DNA from: Patescibacteria group bacterium
Lineage (GTDB): Bacteria > Patescibacteriota > Patescibacteriia > UBA1558 > GWA2-36-10
Assembly (NCBI GenBank): GCA_041665505.1
Contig: JBAYIR010000003.1
Coordinates: 45,363-109,362 of the forward strand
Length of the DNA: 64,000 nt
Reading direction: 5' to 3'
Within the stretch, counting starts at the first letter, position 1. Each line of letters opens with the position of its first letter. The notes under the pieces are model-generated. The model was not told the DNA's origin, searched no databases, and saw nothing but the letters and a program-made list of their open reading frames with translations. The translations under genes were made by a program, and so were the position numbers. Below, piece after piece: positions 51,501 to 59,313 of the stretch.

Positions 51501-52080
51501 TATTTATTTGACAGAGTTCCATGAAGCAATGAAAATAGTCCAAAAAGATTGTGGGCTATTCCTGTCTGCAGACTTCACCGCTAACCCAACCAGCGTCTAT
51601 ACTGGTAACCCTGTTCAGTTCACTGACCAATCAACTGGAAACCCTAGTTCTTGGTCATGGAATTTCGGTAACGGCGTTACCTCAACTGCACAAAATCCGA
51701 TCTACGCTTACCCAGTTCACGGCACCTACACGGTGTCATTGACAGTAGGGGATGGAGTTACTTCAGACACTTTGGTGCGTACTGGCTACATTACGTCGTC
51801 AAGACCACCTATTGGTGAAGATCCTCCTTATCCCTACTGTGAACCCAACCCCTCTAACCCTGTTTCTGTCATCAAGTTCAAGGTCAATCAACCTGGCTAT
51901 GTCAACCTGTCCATTTTTGATGTACAGGGTCGACGCGTTCAGGTTTTGGTTGATCAGGTTCTTGATACTGGTGTGCATCAAGCGACTTTTAATGGCGAAA
52001 GTTTTGCCTCCGGCATCTACTTCTACATGATACGTAGTGCCGAGGGGACTGACGTCCGAAAGATCACACTGGTGAAGTAG
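48553..52080 (+). CDS. secreted M23 peptidase + LGFP-like + PKD x4 + LVIVD repeats + T9SS/FlgD-type C-terminal domain
   Basis: HLGAD/YGH/HLH; W.W.FGDG PKD repeats; SG.YAYVAD repeats; PNPSNP...ASGIYFY. Confidence 0.85.
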   Translation: MRKSLLFAMAIVMLMASSIAYGQGPISGFYYPADEMLNSWQYYNNRSFYIYNGTYNNHLGADIDLAEGTAIKAIAKGKIVEYSSLYDGYGELVVAIEHELPEDITFLNADGNPQTTRYILSIYGHLRKSQERGGTALTWSIGQTVQQGSVIGYINNSSHPDGGSPDPNGDGLEHLHLGIRLSNEATAKAQDGGFWLRGYNSGSGMQIHFANPMPLIAGLAQFAQSPSWRTANGVSSAFMNRYNDFATNGHRLGFPWQNTQYGSTYVHEVNGMLIQDFKDRRDDEGPSNGYYHPYTTVIYYNDPWMSREPHLVKEGFWDEYMTRFGWLKFGAPVTDEYPNSSEVWQSFNLFGSNYATNPNDYERFYFTWDEGSQTLEVLDSNYQVVPRANLTVTNGGTNKANKALTDGVYHSGLKVSNFDQAFELIDGNNYQNFYASINGVEILMDPFVMNGDMTIVVSDVDVPVANFSATPMSGNTPLTVQFTDLSSGNTTSWLWNFGDGGTSTNQNPNHTYTTPGSYTVSLTATNSGGSDTVVGGSPIVVNNVAAPVANFSATPMSGYAPLTVQFTDLSSGGATSWLWDFGDGSTSTSQNPSHTYNIVGSYTVSLTASNNGGSDTVLGGAPVIVGNPPAPIAGYTVSPTSGVVPLTVQCTDTSVGTVTSWLWDFGDGSTSTSQNPSHIYNVVGVYTITLTVSNAGGWDSLQFIDGITTTSVSNLAPCVVSDLSVDNVTVIFVSGNYAYVADGSAGLKIIDVSVPATPTIVGSASMDHVMDVFVSGDYAYVADGSDGLKVVNISNPATPVIVGSVVTEGAEGLFVSGNYAYVADLWTLKVINISNPATPTVVGSLSMDWVVDVFVSGDYAYVADNDVGLKVVNISNPATPVIVGSVVTDSARDVWISGDYAYVADGSTGLKVVNISNPATPVIVGSVVTNGAIGVSVSGDYAYVADVSAGLKIIDVSDSTTPTIVGAVEAGGYIKDVFVLGDYIYLTEFHEAMKIVQKDCGLFLSADFTANPTSVYTGNPVQFTDQSTGNPSSWSWNFGNGVTSTAQNPIYAYPVHGTYTVSLTVGDGVTSDTLVRTGYITSSRPPIGEDPPYPYCEPNPSNPVSVIKFKVNQPGYVNLSIFDVQGRRVQVLVDQVLDTGVHQATFNGESFASGIYFYMIRSAEGTDVRKITLVK
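50740..51500 (+). repeat. coding tandem repeat (LVIVD), period 120-123 bp
   Basis: RACTAYGCCTAYGT at 50758, 50881, 51004, 51124, 51247, 51370. Confidence 0.9.
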
Positions 52081-52109
52081 CTCCGTTTGTTGTTTTGAAA
52101 CCCTAACCG

Positions 52110-52155
52110 AGCCCTACTTGTTGCACGCAGTGCAGCGGGTAGGGCTTATTTTTTT
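52110..52155 (+). terminator. intrinsic terminator
   Basis: AGCCCTACTTGTTGCAC-GCA-GTGCAGCGGGTAGGGCT plus T-tract. Confidence 0.85.
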
Positions 52156-52171
52156 ATATAAATAACATTTA

Positions 52172-52230
52172 TATAGCTTTTGCTAAGCCTCGCTATGTCG
52201 ACAACTTGTTGGCAACTTTCCTTAGCAAAA
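52172..52230. repeat. 59-bp palindromic direct repeat, copy B
   Basis: 52/59 identical to 47408-47466. Confidence 0.9.
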
Positions 52231-52289
52231 CTATAAAATTGCGTTATGATAATATAGACATTTGGCTAGTTTTGAGCTAAAATGTTATT

Positions 52290-52447
52290 GACAATTAGGT
52301 GTAAAAACCGATGCCTAAACCCTAGAAATTCTAGGGCATGGTATAAAAAACTCGTTGAAAATATTGAACTCCGCGTTCAGTGACTTTTCAACGAGTCATA
52401 TCGGGAAACTGGTATGGGGCCGTAAGGCCTAGCTGGCGCGGGGTTTT
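52290..52447 (+). ncRNA. candidate structured RNA or leader
   Basis: Promoter TAGACA-17-TAAAAT (52255-52283); four hairpins, two with GNRA loops; possible pseudoknot. Confidence 0.5.
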
Positions 52448-52488
52448 ATGTTTGCGTCAGCTGATAATTAATAAGTAAGTAAAATATT

Positions 52489-52989
52489 ATGAAAAAAGCA
52501 CTATTTTTACTTTTGATGACCGTAGTAGTTACAACTGGTTGTACAACCCAGTCAAATACTATCCAATCATCTACAGATTCATCAAGCCAGAAAAGCGTGA
52601 GTACTAATGTACAAAAACTAAATTTAACAGACAAGGTCGATGTTAAATTAATAGATAAAGGTTTTCAGGCAGCTGATATCTACAAAGGTACTTATCAAGA
52701 TTATATTACTATGAAGTTTGAATTAACCAATAAGACTGATAAGGATGTCAAAGGTGTCCAAGGAAATACTATTTTCTATGATATATTTGATAATCAAATA
52801 TATCAGTCTACCTTCAGTTATGATCAAGGAATATTAGCTAGTGGCACAGCCACTTGGGACGCCACTATAGAATATAATGAATTTATGGATGATCATCAGA
52901 AGTTGAAAACTACTAATCTAGAAAATATAAGATTAGAATGGGTGCCAGAGGTTATTATCTATAGCGATGGTACTAAAGAACAAGTCTAA
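52489..52989 (+). CDS. putative lipoprotein, Ig-like domain
   Basis: Lipobox-like TTGC; Ser/Thr linker; FELTNKTDKDVKG. Confidence 0.7.
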   Translation: MKKALFLLLMTVVVTTGCTTQSNTIQSSTDSSSQKSVSTNVQKLNLTDKVDVKLIDKGFQAADIYKGTYQDYITMKFELTNKTDKDVKGVQGNTIFYDIFDNQIYQSTFSYDQGILASGTATWDATIEYNEFMDDHQKLKTTNLENIRLEWVPEVIIYSDGTKEQV

Positions 52990-53009
52990 TTATTATTAAA
53001 TAAATATTT

Positions 53010-53435
53010 ATGAAAAAGTACAGAGCTTTAAAAATTCTCTTAACACTTTTGCCAGCTTTGGTGTTTACTCAAAACTGGGCTTGGATGAGTGCTAACAAAA
53101 TACTAGGTATTGCTTTTATAGTAATATGGGCACTTATGATTTGGTCAGTTTGGAAAATAGACAATAAGTACAAAATATTACAAAAAATATTTAGAGCCAC
53201 AGAAATAGGTTTTTTCCTATTACCTATTTCAGCTATAATTCTTACCTTTGTCATAGGTGCCCAAGCAGTTAACTCAACTAACGATGAATTTGCTCAGGCT
53301 GGCGCCGCTATAGGTACAGCTATTGGTGGCACCTTTATTGTAGTCTTAGCTTTTATCTTTGGATTATCAGGAGGCATAATCTTGCACTTGATAGCCAACA
53401 AGTATGAGAAAAAGGCAGAGCAAAATAGTAAATAG
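53010..53435 (+). CDS. hypothetical membrane protein
   Basis: About 4 TMs; GAAIGTAIGG. Confidence 0.7.
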   Translation: MKKYRALKILLTLLPALVFTQNWAWMSANKILGIAFIVIWALMIWSVWKIDNKYKILQKIFRATEIGFFLLPISAIILTFVIGAQAVNSTNDEFAQAGAAIGTAIGGTFIVVLAFIFGLSGGIILHLIANKYEKKAEQNSK

Positions 53436-53438
53436 AAA

Positions 53439-54902
53439 TTAAGCAAAATAAATTCTATAAGTTTTTGGTCTATGTTCTGATAAGCTATGGACCAGATTGG
53501 CAAAGGCATCAGCTAAGTCGTCATGTTTTTCTACCCCAAAATGAATAATCTGTTGTATCAATTGTTCAGCTCCTTGTTTAGGAAATAGTATCTGTCCATT
53601 TTTGATCATGTTAGCTGTCAGGACAAGGCGACTACGCTTGTCCTGATTACCTGGCCTTGTTGTCATGACGTTCAAAATACCCTCACTTTCTAATTGTTGC
53701 GGCAAAGCTTTTTGATAAGCTACATCTTCAATAACAAAGGTAGGATGAATTTCGTCCTTTTCGTAGCTTTTGTCCAATATTTTGCAGGTATCAACGGTTT
53801 CCGGAAAGCTCAAACGTTTATTTATTATCTTTGGCAAAATATAAATCTGATAACCAGTTTTGGTTTCATATAGAAGTCCGGGAACCATAGCCGTATAATC
53901 AGCCACATTACTTTTTGAAATAGCTGGATCTATACCTATTCTTATTTCAATATGAGAAGAATAAGCACTGTCTATTTTTATAGGAGCTGGTATCTCATCA
54001 TAGTATTGAATCCATTCTGGATATATAACTTGATCTTCATCTGGAACTATATTAAGCATATATTCTCGTTGCCAAGCAATTTCATTGCCTGTTTTTTTTC
54101 GTTCTGTTTGTACGTCTTGCTCTGTAGGATATTTACCAGGCCAGAGACATTTTCCTTTACTATCAATAATTGGAAAATAAAGAAATTTTCCATCAATAAA
54201 ATCATTATCAATTTCACTTTTAAGTCGCATGAGAAGTGAATCTTCGTGTAATAAATTACCAACTATAACTAACCGTGTATTTTTATCTCCTGCTGGGATT
54301 AATTCTCCTTTTAACCATTGATAAGTCTTATTTCTTCCTTCTCTTGTTTTTGTAGAAGCAATATTTTCAACATCGTCACAGATTATCAAATCTGGTCTAT
54401 GCTCATGATGTCTTAAACCGCGAATACTTTGTTCTGAAGAAGCTACTGTAATACGAGCGTCTGTATTAGAAAATACCAATGACTGTGAACCCCACTCATC
54501 GCTATCTTCACGAAATGGGCCGAGGTCTTTTTTAAGTAATTCGTTGTCCTCAAGTTCACGGCGTAAATTCATCATATGCTGTTTGGCCTGGGCTTGTGTC
54601 TGACAAAATATAACGACGAATCTCTTTTGCTGTTTACCTAAAATAGCCCAAATAGGATAGGCGGTTGTAACCATTGTCGATTTTCCACTTCCCCTGAAGG
54701 CGACCACAAATAGATTGTCTCGGTCACTTATTTCTATTAAATGGATAATCTCTTTTTGGAAATCAGCTGTAGCGTATTTTACATAGTGAGCGTAATAAAA
54801 ATGGAAAAAATATGAAAAACTTTCTTTAGTTATTGTCGTCCTTACTTTCCTGTCCTTGGTCATCTGGTCTACCAGATCCTGTGGTATCATTTTGTTTGTC
54901 AT
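53439..54902 (-). CDS. terL: phage terminase large subunit
   Basis: Walker A FRGSGKST; IRG....RPDLIICDD; GIDPA and HDDLADA nuclease motifs. Confidence 0.9.
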   Translation of the reverse strand: MTNKMIPQDLVDQMTKDRKVRTTITKESFSYFFHFYYAHYVKYATADFQKEIIHLIEISDRDNLFVVAFRGSGKSTMVTTAYPIWAILGKQQKRFVVIFCQTQAQAKQHMMNLRRELEDNELLKKDLGPFREDSDEWGSQSLVFSNTDARITVASSEQSIRGLRHHEHRPDLIICDDVENIASTKTREGRNKTYQWLKGELIPAGDKNTRLVIVGNLLHEDSLLMRLKSEIDNDFIDGKFLYFPIIDSKGKCLWPGKYPTEQDVQTERKKTGNEIAWQREYMLNIVPDEDQVIYPEWIQYYDEIPAPIKIDSAYSSHIEIRIGIDPAISKSNVADYTAMVPGLLYETKTGYQIYILPKIINKRLSFPETVDTCKILDKSYEKDEIHPTFVIEDVAYQKALPQQLESEGILNVMTTRPGNQDKRSRLVLTANMIKNGQILFPKQGAEQLIQQIIHFGVEKHDDLADAFANLVHSLSEHRPKTYRIYFA

Positions 54903-55296
54903 CTGATTTATTATTTAATGGTAAAATCTCCGCCAGTTGCAAAGCTTTGCGTACAATCTCTGCTTGTGACGGTGTAAGTTCTCCTGAGTCTTCAAATTTA
55001 GAAGTAACTTCCACTTTATCTCTAAATTTTGGATTTCTATGATTAAGCCAAAATCTTATAGCCGAAAAGTTTTTTTCTTTTATAAGGGTAAGTAATTGGC
55101 TTTCACTCATATCATTGACCAATGCCTCACCTTCGGTTAATGCCTCATCCATAGCTTTAGAGAAATTTTTATCATCTCGTTTCCAACGATAGATACTATT
55201 TCTTGAGATACCTGTTTTTTCACAGGCTATCTGTACGATTGGAATTTTCTTTAGTTCCTCTAGGAATATATTTTTGATTTTATTTTTCTTAGACAT
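54826..55296 (-). CDS. HTH protein, probable terminase small subunit
   Basis: ACEKTGISRNSIYRW HTH; AIRFWL; overlaps terL start. Confidence 0.7.
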   Translation of the reverse strand: MSKKNKIKNIFLEELKKIPIVQIACEKTGISRNSIYRWKRDDKNFSKAMDEALTEGEALVNDMSESQLLTLIKEKNFSAIRFWLNHRNPKFRDKVEVTSKFEDSGELTPSQAEIVRKALQLAEILPLNNKSDDKQNDTTGSGRPDDQGQESKDDNN

Positions 55297-56563
55297 GATC
55301 CACCTTTGCCTTTCTGCCAGTTAACTTCTCATATCTTCTAATTGTTAGGTCACAAAATATAGGCTCTAACTCAAGGGCATATACTTTTCGTTTTAATTGT
55401 TCCCCAGCTGAAATGGTGCTACCTAACCCAGAGAAGGAATCTAAAATGATGTCGCCAGGCTTAGTACAACGGCGAATAGCCTTCTCGTGTAGCTTTGGTG
55501 GTTTGCTGGTCGCGTGTTCGTATTTTTGACCAGATAAGCGTTTTACCAACCATATATCAAGCTCATCAGAAGCTTCACTAAGTAGATTATTGCCAGTTGT
55601 TATTTCTTTATTCAATACCTCATTTAAGTTTTGAATTGATGGTGCAATATATGGTTTTCCTATAACCCCATATACTGTTGGCTCATAACATTTATTAAAA
55701 GCCACTTTTGGTGTCGGGTTTTGAGAGTTTTTGAGCCATAGGCAAACTCGCTTGTTTACTATGCCAAGCTCTCGATATAATTCTTGAATTAATCCTATGT
55801 AGGTTTGGTCACACCAGTAGAAAATATGGCAATTTGATTTAGTAATTGATAGTGCTACCACCAGAGTTTCTTTTATGAAGTTTCTATATTCCTCATAGGT
55901 ACGGCTATCATTTACATTACCGCCGTAGTCATTTTTACCTCCAATACCTTTTGAGTAATTAAGATTGATGTTATATGGGGGATCGGAATAAATCATTGAA
56001 GCTTTTTCATTCCCAAACAATCTTTTTAGATTTTTCGTATCGCTAGAGCTACCACATAACAACTTATGTGGTCCCAGATGAATTAAATCACCTAGTTTAG
56101 TTTTAGGCTCTTTAATCTTTTTAATTTCTTCATCAACGTCAAAGTCTTCATCTTTAACCTCTAGATTATTATCCCATAGGTGTGATAGATCAACTTGATC
56201 GAATCCTATGTCGACCAATAGGTCTAAATCAAAAGATTTGAGTTTTTCGAAATCCCATTCACCACCTAGAGCGTTGCTGGCTATAAGGTAGCTATCTGAT
56301 TCCTTTTTGGTTAAAGGTCTGTTGGGGATGCGGATATCAATTAACTCTTCTCCTCGACCTAGTAGCTGAAGAGCTTTAATTCTTTGATGTCCTGCGAGTA
56401 TCTTGCCGTCTAGGTCAATTGCTGGTATCTCTACCAAATTGTATCTTTTCAGGCTTTTTTTGAGATCCGACATTTGCTTGTCGGAAATAGTTCGTGGGTT
56501 AATATCTTGGGGGACAAGATCATTAACCCGTTTCGGCACGGTGTGCCATTTTAATTTTTCCAT
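55289..56563 (-). CDS. ParB-like N-terminal domain + N6/N4 DNA methyltransferase
   Basis: NPR, ILAGHQR (ParB); DPPY, HATSKP, DSFSGLGST. Confidence 0.88.
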   Translation of the reverse strand: MEKLKWHTVPKRVNDLVPQDINPRTISDKQMSDLKKSLKRYNLVEIPAIDLDGKILAGHQRIKALQLLGRGEELIDIRIPNRPLTKKESDSYLIASNALGGEWDFEKLKSFDLDLLVDIGFDQVDLSHLWDNNLEVKDEDFDVDEEIKKIKEPKTKLGDLIHLGPHKLLCGSSSDTKNLKRLFGNEKASMIYSDPPYNINLNYSKGIGGKNDYGGNVNDSRTYEEYRNFIKETLVVALSITKSNCHIFYWCDQTYIGLIQELYRELGIVNKRVCLWLKNSQNPTPKVAFNKCYEPTVYGVIGKPYIAPSIQNLNEVLNKEITTGNNLLSEASDELDIWLVKRLSGQKYEHATSKPPKLHEKAIRRCTKPGDIILDSFSGLGSTISAGEQLKRKVYALELEPIFCDLTIRRYEKLTGRKAKVDHV

Positions 56564-56603
56564 AACATTTTATGGTTAGTTGGTTAAAAAATGTATGGAT
56601 AAG

Positions 56604-56673
56604 AAAAAACCTATTCCACACACGAAATAGATGAAGTCCTAAAACCTCAAAGCTATTTCTTGCGCGGAACAGG
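56604..56673 (-). promoter_or_regulatory. long leader hairpin plus U-tract (attenuator-like) upstream of the methylase-terminase genes
   Basis: 21-bp stem with 3 G-U pairs on the minus strand followed by U6. Confidence 0.6.
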
Positions 56674-56734
56674 CATGGCTTTTTCAGCGATACGCTATTC
56701 TACTTTTTACTACGCATTAAATTGTACTTATATT

Positions 56735-57142
56735 TTAATCCACATTTTTATTTTTTGCAAGTTTGCGGATAATCCTTTGACCATTTTTACTTTTTATAAA
56801 ATTTTCGGTATCTTTGCCTATGGCTATTGGCAGGCCATCTTTGGGTATGGAAATTAGCACTTTGTAGCCTTTTTTCTCTTCTTTTTGTAATAATTTAATA
56901 AAAGAGGGATCTTTATACAGATTTTCCAAAAACCAATCAGCACTAGGAGTATGACCATTGTTTATAATAGGACCATAAACTCGGTCTGGCCTGTTTTGGT
57001 CAAAAGCATGTTTTACTTTCTTACCTATATATTTCGTCGGCTGTTTGTCACTGGTATGCAGAGCAAAATCAGTCAATTGAATAACCTTGTATTTGACCCC
57101 ATCTTGCCTTTTAAATGGTTTTACCTCTAGTTTGTAGTCCAT
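56735..57142 (-). CDS. hypothetical protein
   Basis: 135-aa ORF in leftward operon. Confidence 0.65.
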   Translation of the reverse strand: MDYKLEVKPFKRQDGVKYKVIQLTDFALHTSDKQPTKYIGKKVKHAFDQNRPDRVYGPIINNGHTPSADWFLENLYKDPSFIKLLQKEEKKGYKVLISIPKDGLPIAIGKDTENFIKSKNGQRIIRKLAKNKNVD

Positions 57143-57151
57143 AGTTATTTT

Positions 57152-57397
57152 TTAGCCTTTAGATTTAGTTGGATCAGCGCTCTTGGGATAGGTTCGTTCT
57201 TCTTCATAGGTTCCATCCATTTTTTTAATTTTTACAGATCCGCCTTCATTACCTACGGCTTTTCTTAAAATTCCGCCAGCTGTGGCCTCTTCTTTAGTTT
57301 CGAAAGTTTTAACGATTTTATCTGTTTTGTCATTTTCTAGTTCCCAACGATCTTTTTTTGCGTTGTAATCGAGGGTAAATTTTGGTAATTTTGCCAT
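57152..57397 (-). CDS. DUF2188 domain protein
   Basis: W..., F.TKEEA, I...DG..EEERTY...DP..S.G. Confidence 0.8.
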   Translation of the reverse strand: MAKLPKFTLDYNAKKDRWELENDKTDKIVKTFETKEEATAGGILRKAVGNEGGSVKIKKMDGTYEEERTYPKSADPTKSKG

Positions 57398-57416
57398 AAA
57401 TTTGTAGTTTATTTAA

Positions 57417-57689
57417 TTATAAGTTATTTTTAATCCAGGTACTTACATTTACCCCCAAATTTTTCCAGGCAGCGGCTCTATCCGTAACATCAATGATCAA
57501 TATTTTGTCATTGGCATCAAGATATTGTTGTACTGTATTTCTTAGCTGTTCTGCTGTGAGTGACGACTTAATTAACCATAACGATTCTAGGGGTTTTGCC
57601 CAGTTACTGTAGCTTTTTAAATGATGGTGCAAGGTAGAGTAATCCTTGCCAGGCCTAATAAGGTCATAAGATACTAAAAATGTGTTCAT
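57417..57689 (-). CDS. small Cas2/VapD-fold-like ('SinR family') protein
   Basis: FLVSYDL..P..DY..L...L......LES.W. Confidence 0.65.
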   Translation of the reverse strand: MNTFLVSYDLIRPGKDYSTLHHHLKSYSNWAKPLESLWLIKSSLTAEQLRNTVQQYLDANDKILIIDVTDRAAAWKNLGVNVSTWIKNNL

Positions 57690-57727
57690 TTGATTATAAA
57701 TTAATTATTTTTCAATTCGGCAAAGTA

Positions 57728-57778
57728 AGTTTAACAAAATGATGAAGACTTGTCAAATCGTATTGAAAAGTCTATACT
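57728..57778. promoter_or_regulatory. overlapping divergent promoters with operator inverted repeat
   Basis: Right TTGTCA-17-TATACT; left TTGACA-17-TAAACT; IR AGACTTGTCAA-N6-TTGAAAAGTCT. Confidence 0.7.
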
Positions 57779-57784
57779 ATCAGT

Positions 57785-58123
57785 ATGATAAATAAACAAA
57801 CCCCAGAACAATTTATTGGTTCCCGTATTAAAGCGGCGCGTGAAAAAAAACGATTTTCTCAGCTAGATTTGGCGAAGCTTCTTGGTTTTCAGTCAGCCAC
57901 CGCTATTTCATTAATAGAAGCTGGTGAAAGAGGTGTCCCAGCTATAATTTTAGAGAAGCTCGGTAAAGTGTTAGATCGTGATATTATGTATTTTTTAGGT
58001 AAAGAAAATACTACTCCAGATATCAAAGTAGCTTTAAGAGCCGACAAAGATCTGTCCGACGAAGACAAGGATGCTTTAAATTTATTTATTGACCTAGCTA
58101 AAAACAGAAAGAAACGTAAATGA
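57785..58123 (+). CDS. XRE-family HTH repressor (ImmR/CapH-like)
   Basis: IGSRIKAAR...SQLDLA..LG...TAISLIEAGER. Confidence 0.92.
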   Translation: MINKQTPEQFIGSRIKAAREKKRFSQLDLAKLLGFQSATAISLIEAGERGVPAIILEKLGKVLDRDIMYFLGKENTTPDIKVALRADKDLSDEDKDALNLFIDLAKNRKKRK

Positions 58124-58620
58124 ATGGAGAAATCACGGATTTAGGTCCACGTAAAAAAAGTGCAAAAATTATTGCCCAAAAACTTATAAAAGAAGCCGGA
58201 GTAAAAGCTGCTCCGGTTTCTTTACAATGTATTATAGAGCATCTTCAGTTAACACATGATCTTGAGGTTCGTCGAATTTTTACTAGTAAAAAGGTTTCTG
58301 GATTGCTTGTAGTCTGCAGTGAAATGGACAAAGAGTATTCAACTATAGGATTCAATGCTAATGATTCTTGGTATCGTAGGAGATTTACAATAGCACATGA
58401 AATTGGTCATCTTCTTTTTGGTCACGCCTGTACTAAGGGCCAAGGTAATGGTTCGCACAACGAAAGAGAGGCCGATGTTTTTGCTGCAGAATTACTTATA
58501 CCCACAAAACTTATAAAGATGGATTTTAAACAATTACCCAATTTACAGCAACTTTCTAATCTTTATAGAGTAAGCCAGCAAGCACTTACTATAAAGTTAA
58601 TAGAATGTCGGTTGGTGTGA
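58120..58620 (+). CDS. ImmA/IrrE family metallo-endopeptidase
   Basis: RRRFTIAHEIGH, EREADVFAAELLIP; ATGA overlap with XRE gene. Confidence 0.92.
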   Translation: MNGEITDLGPRKKSAKIIAQKLIKEAGVKAAPVSLQCIIEHLQLTHDLEVRRIFTSKKVSGLLVVCSEMDKEYSTIGFNANDSWYRRRFTIAHEIGHLLFGHACTKGQGNGSHNEREADVFAAELLIPTKLIKMDFKQLPNLQQLSNLYRVSQQALTIKLIECRLV

Positions 58621-58647
58621 AGTTAAAAAATTAAAGTTTTTAATATA

Positions 58648-59313
58648 ATGGGTTTGTCTCAGGATAGAATTAAAGAATTTAAAGAACTTCTTGAAAAAAA
58701 GACAAAAAAAGAGGTTTCTTGGGCTGAAGCAGAAGAAGGGGCTAATAATTTAGCTAATTTTTTCAAACTTCTTTATGATCAGGAAGTAATAGAGAAAAAA
58801 CGTCAAATAAGGCTAGAAAAGGAGCCAAAAGGCTTTCATTTAGAGGGTAAAGGTTACACTTGTGCTATTTGTAAAAGGCCTATATCAGACGAAGAAACTT
58901 GGTATGATAAATGGGGTATTAAATGCCCAATATGCCAAAAAGCTATAAATAAAAGGATTATCCCTGGATCTGTGGCTAAAAATGATAATAGTTGGTACTC
59001 AAAATATGATTTAGAAAGTCGTTTTAATATAGATAGATATGCTATAAAACGATTTATTAAAGAGGGTGTTTTAAAACCTCGAATTGTCCCTAGCACATCA
59101 GGAAGACCACATGTATATCTATTTTTGATTAAGGACAACAAAGAAGTGCTACCACCTAAAAAATTAACAGAATCTCAACTAGTAAAAGAAATTAAAGAGG
59201 ATGGTAAAGAATGGCTTCGCTTAGAGCCGTGGTATAGGTTTGTTGATCCTTTTAAACATTTAGAGGGGTATAAAATTATGGAGTATTTAAAGTTTACAAA
59301 AGATAAGGCATGA
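58648..59313 (+). CDS. hypothetical protein with CxxC-CxxC Zn finger and HTH-like segment
   Basis: CAIC...CPIC. Confidence 0.7.
   Translation: MGLSQDRIKEFKELLEKKTKKEVSWAEAEEGANNLANFFKLLYDQEVIEKKRQIRLEKEPKGFHLEGKGYTCAICKRPISDEETWYDKWGIKCPICQKAINKRIIPGSVAKNDNSWYSKYDLESRFNIDRYAIKRFIKEGVLKPRIVPSTSGRPHVYLFLIKDNKEVLPPKKLTESQLVKEIKEDGKEWLRLEPWYRFVDPFKHLEGYKIMEYLKFTKDKA

Noticed and set aside
47408-52230. Diversity-generating retroelement or classical integron
   Set aside because: No reverse transcriptase or tyrosine integrase; repeat differences are not adenine-specific; no GTTRRRY attC ends
57417-57689. Cas2-like gene as evidence of CRISPR-Cas
   Set aside because: No array or other cas gene in the window
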